NCBI GenBank assembly: GCA_040954595.2
Contig: CM082579.2
Coordinates: forward strand, 926,922 to 990,921
From: Balanoglossus misakiensis
Lineage: Eukaryota; Animalia; Hemichordata
Direction: 5' to 3'
Length of the DNA: 64,000 nucleotides
A model generated the notes under the pieces. The model saw only the letters and a program-made list of their open reading frames with translations. It made no database searches and was not told where the DNA came from. The position numbers and the translations under genes were made by a program. Below, piece after piece: positions 52,941 to 64,000 of the stretch. Positions within the stretch are counted from its first letter, which is position 1; the number at the start of each line of letters is the position of its first letter.

Positions 52941-54413
52941 ATATTGTGATATATTTATCTCTTTCTCTAACTCTTTGCAGGCTACCTTGAACAGGGCCTA
53001 ATGGTGATGGACTCCAAGAAACTCCGTAATAATTATTTCAAAACAACTACATTCAAGGTGGACGTGATATCAATTTTACCGACGGACATCTTTTACATCT
53101 TCACCGGGATCAATTCGCCTTGGCTGCGTCTGAACCGATTGTTCCGCGCTCCCCGAGCCCTGGAGTTCTTCGACCGCACAGAGACACGGAGCAACTTCCC
53201 AAACTTGTTCCGGATCACAAATCTCATCCTGTACATCATGATCATCATCCACTGGAACGCTTGTGTGTTCTTCGCCATCTCTGCCAGTATCGGTTTCGGC
53301 AGCGACGGCTGGGTCTACCCGAATATAAGTGTGCCCCCCTACAGCAGTTTGACCAGAAAGTATGTGTACAGCCTGTACTGGTCGACGCTGACTTTGACAA
53401 CAATCGGCGAGACGCCCGCCCCAGAGAAGGACGTAGAGTACGCCTTCGTCATTTTCGATTTCCTGGTCGGTGTGCTCATCTTCGCTACCATCGTCGGTAA
53501 CGTGGGTACCATGATCAGTAACATGAATGCAACAAGAGCCGAGTTCCAATCGCGGATGGACGGTATCAAACAATATATGCACTTTAGGAAGGTCAGCAAA
53601 GACCTGGAAGAAAGAGTCATCAAGTGGTTTGATTATTTGTGGTCAAACAAAAAGACACTCGACGAGGAAGGTATTTTGAAAACCCTTCCAGATAAATTAA
53701 GGGCTGAAATTGCCATCCATGTTCATTTAGACACTTTGAAAAGAGTGACAATTTTCAAAGACTGTGATCCGGGACTTTTAGTTGAACTTGTGCTGAAACT
53801 TCGCCCTCAAGTTTTCAGTCCAGGAGACTACATCTGCCGAAAGGGAGATATTGGGCGCGAAATGTACATTGTCAAATCAGGTACTCTCAGTGTTGTTGGA
53901 GAAGACGAGAAAACTGTATACGCCACTCTGAACGATGGCAGCTACTTCGGCGAAATCAGTATACTTAACGTTCCTGGTAGTCTCTCGGGTAATCGTAGAA
54001 CTGCAAACGTGCGCAGCGTCGGTTATTCCGATCTGTTTTGCCTTTCAAAAGACGACCTTCTGGATGCCTTGAAGGAGTATCCAGAGGCGAAGAGAATTCT
54101 GGAAGAAAGGGGGAAGACAATTTTGATGAAAGATGGACTTATCGATGAAGACGCTGTAAAGAGGGGCAGTAAGTCCAAGGAACAGTTCGAACAGGAGGAG
54201 AAAATAGACAGGTTGGAATGTGCGTTAGATAACTTACATACAAAATTCAGTAGACTTGTCAATGAATACAGCAACGCACAGATGAAAATGAAACAGCGGA
54301 TCACAAAATTGGAAAAGAGGATGCGGAAACTTAAAGACAATGATTTTGAGGATGATTTCGGAGCGTCCAGTCTTGATGTAGGCCTTTATTCAAGCGGTGG
54401 GATTACCCAGTAA
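34897..54413 (+). CDS. CNGA: Cyclic nucleotide-gated cation channel alpha subunit (CNGA/TAX-4 type), 680 aa
   Basis: Exons 34897-35285, 52482-52702, 52981-54413 join in frame (2043 nt). N-terminal [14 protein letters not shown]...[10 protein letters not shown]1 YYRWL, RTG|YLEQG, S4 [21 protein letters not shown], pore [21 protein letters not shown]-linker, CNBD FGEISIL...[17 protein letters not shown]-helix LMKDGLID, C-terminal leucine zipper. The vertebrate paralogue number cannot be assigned. Confidence 0.95.
35602..35885. mobile_element. Degenerate TTAA-flanked MITE
   Basis: Left TTAAAGGGCGAAGTCAGTCG versus reverse complement of the right end TTAAAGGACAGTTTACAGTCG. Confidence 0.45.
38401..38790. 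repeat. Dispersed ~390-bp repeat, copy 1 (probable TE or LTR remnant)
   Basis: Closely matches 50259-50661, with long identical stretches such as GGCAGTCAAGTGGCGTGAGCCGACCAGAAAACAGACAA and GTACTCGGCCATGAGCG...GCTCTCGGAC. Confidence 0.9.
39850..40480 (+). mobile_element. Highly decayed non-LTR retrotransposon (CR1/L2-like) ORF2 fragment
   Basis: Translated fragments [15 protein letters not shown] (~40003-40047, like the pre-RT SLxTGxxPxxWxxAxV motif) and LVVSWIDSF (~40286-40312); many stops and frameshifts. Confidence 0.45.
41730..41867. mobile_element. One end of a pogo/Tigger-like (Tc1-mariner) non-autonomous element
   Basis: Ends CGGTTTAGACAGGTTTGGCTG|TA (reverse complement TA-CAGCCAAACCTGTCTAAACCG) with repeated subterminal units (TTCGGTTT..CAG, TAGACA); the other end was not found. 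Confidence 0.55.
50259..50749. repeat. Dispersed repeat, copy 2 (longer); possible LTR remnant on the minus strand
   Basis: Direct repeat of 38401-38790 over 50259-50661; a GC-rich extension ends at ...CTGATACA (minus strand starts TGT, LTR-like). The LTR identity is speculative. Confidence 0.85.
52843..52940. repeat. (GAT)n microsatellite, about 32 units
   Basis: Pure ATG/GAT run in the last CNG intron, preceded by GATGAACCAT x2 and ending about 40 nt before the acceptor at 52980. Confidence 0.97.
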
Positions 54414-56418
54414 CGACGTGGTATCTAGTTAATTGCCAAAACAGTCCACAAATTTAAAGTACACATTTTACAAATCTTGTGCAATGACAGGTTTGTTCAA
54501 GCGGGCGTTATTTTCTTTCCTGTTGCCATGGCTGCCGGACAACAAACCATCTTGTTGCCGCCATTGTAACATTATAGCAGACACGTGGCAATTGGAATTA
54601 TTACGCAGACCCTGAGGCAATGTCTTCAAATCAAACAACTGTGAAAATTACCAGCGAAGAACGTCACATAATTTCATAGACTGTGAATTCCTCATGGAAA
54701 GTATATGCAAACTAGGTTGCTATCATTGCAGAGCAAGATAAATTGGCTTCTTCAATGACGTCAATGGTCGTTGTCTCCAGTCAATTGCTATAAAGCATTT
54801 CAACCAACCATTTACACTATTGGCTCTGAATTCATTTCACCTCATCAGCTCTTACAGACCCTTCATATTCCTTCATCCCAGATTTGCATCTCCTTGTCAA
54901 TGCATTCAATTTTCGTGTAAGCTTAATGGTGAGGGTTCGTTAATCATCGGGAAAGGCAAATACCTCCTGGCATTTCAAGTCCGCGAACGAGGATGGAGAT
55001 TCATCACCAACAGACGCGCCGCTGCTCTCATTCGCTTTTTCTCTTCAATTTCCCGATGCGAAAGCACTATTTCGGTGACCTTCTCTGGAACTGTTTCCAC
55101 AGGGTCTTCATCACACGTATTGTCACAGTTAAATGTAAAAATTAGCATTTAAATGACGAAAAATCCACAAGTGCGCTGACTGTAAAAATAGAAGAAAACG
55201 TCAAACGAGCCCTCGACTCACCTGGACCGTGACACCGATGGCTGATATTAAGCGTCAGATTTTTTGTATTTAAATTTTAATACTGCGAAACAATTGTGCA
55301 TTCAAACCAGATCAGTCTAGCTGATCATGAAATCTTCATCGAAATAAAACCGCAGTGCAACGATATCACACCAAGCTTGGCGCTAAACTTTTTGATTCTG
55401 ATTCTTTTTTTCCTATTGGAGGCGACATCCATTCCCGGCGAACTACATAGGCTAAGACAACGCAAATCCTACTTTATGTACACGCCAGATGGCAATAGAC
55501 GCGTCAACCTGTATTTCCGATGTTACTAATCTGTTAGTAATCCCATTTCGCCAGCACAGGCCGTTTTTAATTAATTAAAATAACAACCAGAATCTTCATC
55601 ATTATTCGAGAATCGGTTGTTCATTGAATAGCTGTAGACTTCATCATGTCACAGTTGACTCGAGCATGTAGTTTGACTATTTATGGAGATTTGATGCATA
55701 GTTCTTGCACATGAGTATATTTTCTACACTTTTGCCAAAACACTGTCATCTTGATAACACTCTTACAGTTTGTGTTGTTTTGAACTTTTGCATATTCCTT
55801 GTTTTTAGTTTGTTTGGACCCAAGGATTGTCATTTTCCTCAAGAGCGTCTACACTTTGTGAATTGTAATGAGACATCAAAATAATGTGATAGGCTTTCAT
55901 CATGATGCGAAAACGGTAAATCGCTTTATTTTAATACAAATATCGCAGTCACCTTTAACCTCTGAACTTTACCCTCTGTCGTGTTCTAGTCGAATGTGTG
56001 TATAAAGGATATCTATGCCGCGTGGTCGATTCTGACGTCTAGTACTTGATCTTTCCAGTTGCAAAACAGTGTCAAACCATGCAACCATCAACATGCACAA
56101 AATACACAATCTATTTTGAAATTAGTCTTTTTAATATGGTCGTGAAAAATAGCGAGTCTGTTCGATTTATTTTCATCATCACAGAGATTCGAGCTGTAAA
56201 GTTTTAATATAATTTGTCGTGTAATATAAGGTCTGGAATCTATACATATCTTAAATATACATAATGATTGTTTACCATAATAGGGTGCCTATCAAAAAGC
56301 TTGTACATGCATATATTTCTGAATTCAATTTCATATTATTGTCTGTACATACATACACACGTACATGCGTAATATTTTTAACTTCGAGTTATAGTCTGGT
56401 AAATAACACCATTAGAGA

Positions 56419-56424
56419 AATAAA
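56419..56424 (+). terminator. Probable poly(A) signal of the CNG channel gene
   Basis: AATAAA followed about 40 nt later by a U/GU-rich tract (CCGTTTTTTTTATTTGTTTG); implies a ~2-kb 3' UTR. Confidence 0.4.
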
Positions 56425-59400
56425 AGTACGAACGCTAAATTGTGTGAATGACGTCTAGCTCCGTTTTTTTTATTTGTTTGACTGTATTGCATGCACTATT
56501 GTGATCTTGTGATAATTACGTTAGGCAATCATTTTCCAGTAGTTGTGTGACTTTTCTATATTTCCATTCTTCAATAGCAGAGATTACTGAGCCCGCATGT
56601 GCAACGCTGGGGTAATATCATTAAGGTTTGTGAATTCGCTTTGTAAAATCTAATCCTGATGCTTACAGTGCGGAGACTGCATTCACGCCGATTAAATAGA
56701 CCCCACCGTGATTAGATTCTGGAGTGATGAGCCGTTGCCATGACAACATCATGCAATTACAATTTGCGAATTGGAGTCTCCGAAAACCGACGCGGTTCAT
56801 TCACAAGACTTCGAGGGAAAAAAAGGGAAAATTATTTATTGTGTTCCTAGAGGTCGGCGATAAAATGTAACTTGGTATGCAGCGTGGTATGAAGAGCATA
56901 AAACGATGTTGTCGCCTGATTGGATGTTCCATGTGGCGTTTAATCATGTTGTGAATATTGCGTTGGCATAGCGACGACCGTCACTATGGCATCCATTCTA
57001 TAATCCGCCATAAATCCAACGGTAAATTACTAGGATTTCGATGGTTACTGGTAATAGCAAGTATGATGTTAATGGAAGCACATAGCGCTAAGAACTTTTG
57101 TGGGTAGCCTTCATTGCCCTACTCTAATACGGATCTTTCTTAACTGGGAAAGCAATTTCAGAGGAACTATCGAAGGAAGCCTAAAAGGGCGACAAATTGA
57201 TAATGAAATGCCACGAACCTTTTTATATACTTTGGACAACACTGTGGAAGTCTTAATTTAAACAGATATGTTTGATTTAGAACAGTTTTCCTTGCCCCAC
57301 AAGCTTGTAAATTCCAGATTGGACTGACAGTAGATCAAGCTATGATCAAGCATGTCGAGGGAGTTATGATAGAGGTCGGAAGAAGAATTTGGTCTGTCCT
57401 CAATGCAATGTCACTGGATGACCCCACGCTGGCATATAAAATGTGGCCTTCCAAAAGACAGGCGTTTCACTCATAAATGAAAGATTTACATGTAATTTGT
57501 CAGGTAAAATGAACACATATTTCATGCATTGAATTTTGTGGACAAAGAACTCAATGCGTTGTACCAAGGGGGTAGTCCCCTGGTTAGAATTTATCAATCA
57601 TGTTTCAAAGAAAAGAAACGATAAAGATGTTTATTCAAATATTCAAAACTCAATTTACATTACAGGGATTTGCATATGAACCATCAAGGGATGGATTTGC
57701 GCCATCAATATACTGTTGTCACATTTGGGCCATGAAAACATTTGTTGACTTTGCAATCTAAAGCATGTAGCAGCTAGTGCCACAGGCCGGTTTATAGCGG
57801 ATGGTTTTATGATACAAGTGATCAGCGAAAATAATGAGAAAAACATATTTGACATTTTTTCGCAATATTGCGACGTTCCCTTATAAATGCTATATTCTTC
57901 TACATGTATAGAACTTGATGAGATGTGTTCATTAACGCAAACGTGGCGTTGCCTTCTTACACGTACATCTGTACAAATCCGAATACAAATTACTATTCTA
58001 CAAACGTCAGCTATTCAGTCGATGTGCGCACAGGTAAATCTTCATTTGTCATCCGTTCCCCTCGTAATTGTCACATTGTGTCCATTTCACTGTTCATTTC
58101 TGGTCGAACCCTTTCATGAAATTTTAATCTCCACGGAGCGGTGACATGAGGGCAACTTGGATCTGACTACGAATACGTCATTACACTGCGTCGCTTTCGG
58201 TCAAACAGCTAGATTATAGTATTTGATGTTTTACATGAAGTACTGTGGTTAAATCGAGTTCCTTGTGTTTTTCTCTATTTTCTAAAACATCGAACGAAAA
58301 GAAGAGTATATATAATATAATTGTATTTGACAAAGACATTTCAAACTGAGTGGAGACTGTAGCCTCCGTTTGTATCTACAGGGCTAAAAACCAGTACGGC
58401 AAATAATTGCCATTGATCAGTGAGCGCGATTGGTTGACGTTTCTAGAGATTAAAGCGGACTATTTTATGTATGGATGACTCGCTTCGCCGAAATGAAACC
58501 TATCTGACAGTGCAGTCCATCCCGAGCATAGCAACGGCGTATTTAAAAGCGTGAGACGAATAAACAAATATCGCTTAGTGGTCCCTATGGTCAAGATTAT
58601 CCGTTGACTTCAACATCAAAAGACTTCAACTGTTGACACGAACATTACATTACATTACACTCTGAAGAAACGAAGGTTGATATATTGATGAGTGTCTTGG
58701 AGGTCGAGCAATTTCGTTGAAATTGCCTAGCAGGTCAAAGTAGATATGGAGGTGAAACCGGAGGATTCAAATTGCTTAGCAACGGTTTCTGAGGAGAACT
58801 TTCCAAAGCAATGACAATGCAAAGTTTCGGTGATTTTCTTTGAGTGATAACGAATAAAGGCCTATACAAATCGAACAGGTTAGTTTTTTTGCGTCAATGG
58901 CCAGTGACGTCATTGGTATGCAAATGTTAAAAACTTACAACTACTGTCCCGGAATGGCGCAATCTTCAATCGAAATGAATGGCGAAGTAAATGATCCGTT
59001 TGAAATAGACTTTTTGGAAAACACCACGATTTACTCTTTTTCACGGATAACTTATGACTGCTAATATGGGTCACTGACGTTGTACACTTACTTTACGCTG
59101 TGTATTTCATTTGAGTGAGGAAATATGTCTGGTTGTAGTGACTGTGTAGTAATATATAAGGTGAGGCGGGTGAAAGAACATATAGGCCAAAAAAGTTGAT
59201 TGGTTCCGGGCTTTGCTGTAATCAAAACGAATCAGATGCTGAAGCACACTTTGGCGTCACCTGGCGATTCTCGACGTTGATGAATGTGAAAACCCAGATT
59301 GATGAGAAGCTAACTTCAAGTACAGGCTAGGGTAAAGAATGAAACGTCGATTAGAATAATGTCGATGCGATTAGGGTCGCCAATCTAAATTTAAAAGTTA

Positions 59401-60295
59401 ATAAGCGACGGTTACTGCTTGACAGCTACAAACTGGTCATATTGGGAGTTTTAGTAGACGTTCCCTCATAAAATTCGTCTGAGGCAGCCACTGGATTACA
59501 GTAGTGACGCGAGATAAAAATGAACCTTTTAATACTGCATTCATTTCGGAAAACTGGCTTATAACAGGATATTCAATCACGTAGCATGTGAAACATTTTA
59601 ATTAGTTCGTTGAGTGGGTTGAACTAAATCTCATCCGATAAGATGGCTTTAAGACTTTAATCCAGCAAATGGGCAAATGAAGTCCAACATTTTGCACATA
59701 AATTTTAATTTGGCTTCAAGGTTATCAAGTCTATACTTGATACGTCTGATTTTTTTTACAATTAGGCATATACCGCGTAGGTATTAACTGGATTTGCAAA
59801 AAATATGAACGGGGTCTTTCCACAAGCGGCAGTGCTCCATTGATTCCGCCCTGTGCATTCTATGTACATGTACATGTGATCTCTCAGGGATTCTTAGTTT
59901 CCACCGTCCGGGGGCGCTGAGCCTGAGACAGAACAATCAGACGAAGTTTCCAGACATGCTGTTTTCCAGTTTAAACCTATTTTCCAGCATTACATAATGT
60001 AATGTCAAGAGAGATTGATTTGGTGGGGTGGCTTGCATGTTATAATATCAATATTCTGCTCTGTTAAAAGTTTGTTGATCAACAAGTCATGAATCAGTCT
60101 ACTTGTTTCTTTTTTATGTTTCCAAGTATCATTGCCTTTCTTGTGGGTCTGCAGTCTCTCTTAATTTCCTTTTCTACCACTGGCTGCGTTACAGCGGTAG
60201 AATGAGTGCTTTTGTTGCTGTGACCTGCTCTGTCCCAGGATTTGAAGACTTCCACGTGCACCTGTGTCGCATGACCTCCACTACTGGGGTCATTA

Positions 60296-60499
60296 GAGCG
60301 CCCTCTTGCGTTGGGAAATCCTGACATTTTCACCACGTTGCGCAAGATAGCATGCGCGCATGTGGTTAGCCGCCATTGAGAGACAGCTGAGGCTATCTGA
60401 GTTGAGCCAACAGAAAAGTAGCTGTTGTGACGGTATTTTAACCTTCTGTCGCTCTCGTTCTTAAGGAGGACAAAGCAGGAAATCAAGACTACCCTGCTG
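60296..60499 (+). promoter_or_regulatory. ABCE1 promoter and non-coding first exon
   Basis: CTCF-like GAGCGCCCTCTTGCG (60296), NRF1-like GCATGCGCGCATGT (~60350), YY1-like GCCGCCATT (~60369), donor CTG|GTAAGT at 60499/60500 upstream of the ATG exon. Confidence 0.55.
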
Positions 60500-60888
60500 G
60501 TAAGTCTTACCAATATAAAACTGATTAATCTTCGAGGAAATGACATTTTTCCTATCGATAGATGTCCCATATTGCATTGGCAACTTCCCCAAGCGTGTCT
60601 ATTACACAGTGTCATTCGAATGAACCATTTGGGATCGAGGGAGGGGGGGGGGGGGGGGGGGTCATGAGTCAATTATTCGATGATGGGGGGGGGGGCACTT
60701 TAAGGGTAATTGGTCCGTTGAACAGAAGCAGGTTCATAAATTCTAGATTCATTTCCCTGAAATGTACATGATATGTACGCCATTAATAACCAGCTGTTTT
60801 GAATGTTGAACGCAGTGACTATATTGACTCATCCTACCCCCAGAGTCCATGGTTGACTAAAAGAATCACCACCAAGGCAACATGATAA

Positions 60889-63867
<2,979 letters not shown>

Positions 63868-64000
63868 GTTTGTAATATGCTGGAATGTCGTCATTTTCAG
63901 TACAAAATATTCGTCTCTTTTGTGGTTGTCTCTAGAATATTATACATAACCACCACACAGTCTACAGCAAACTACTGCTGTTGAGGTAGATGATTCAGCC

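Noticed and set aside
53076-53623. Overlapping alternative-frame and antisense ORFs in the CNG exon
   Set aside because: Expected by-product of GC3-rich codon usage.
60094-60672. 192-aa minus-strand ORF starting MTHDPPPPPP
   Set aside because: The poly-Pro comes from a poly-G tract, and the ORF is antisense to the ABCE1 promoter and first exon; no domain.

Overview
AT-rich, intron-containing animal (invertebrate) DNA, not prokaryotic. The repeat style suggests a marine invertebrate deuterostome such as a hemichordate, but that is an impression, not a demonstration. I reconstructed five spliced genes by hand from GT-AG boundaries and exon phases. (1) A 5'-truncated LMO7/LIMCH1/Smallish-like gene (+, ~1050-15087; CH-domain end, DUF4757-like segment, PDZ, coiled coil, LIM, C-terminal PDZ ligand). 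(2) A complete AASDH/ACSF4 NRPS-like gene (-, 17419-~25523). (3) A two-exon gene head-to-head with AASDH encoding an unfamiliar MYND-finger + ubiquitin-like + NAC/HYPK-type UBA protein (+, 25947-27225). (4) A CNGA-type cyclic-nucleotide-gated channel with a 17-kb intron (+, 34897-54413). (5) A 3'-truncated ABCE1/RLI1 (+, from 60943). Introns carry TTAA-flanked MITEs, a pogo-like end, a decayed LINE, a ~400-bp element in two copies and a (GAT)n tract. Best leads: the MYND-UBL-UBA protein; a candidate cassette exon that swaps the LMO7-like C-terminal PDZ ligand; and RFX X-boxes, CTCF-like motifs and a CpG-rich domain around the channel gene. No CRISPR array, rRNA or tRNA was seen.
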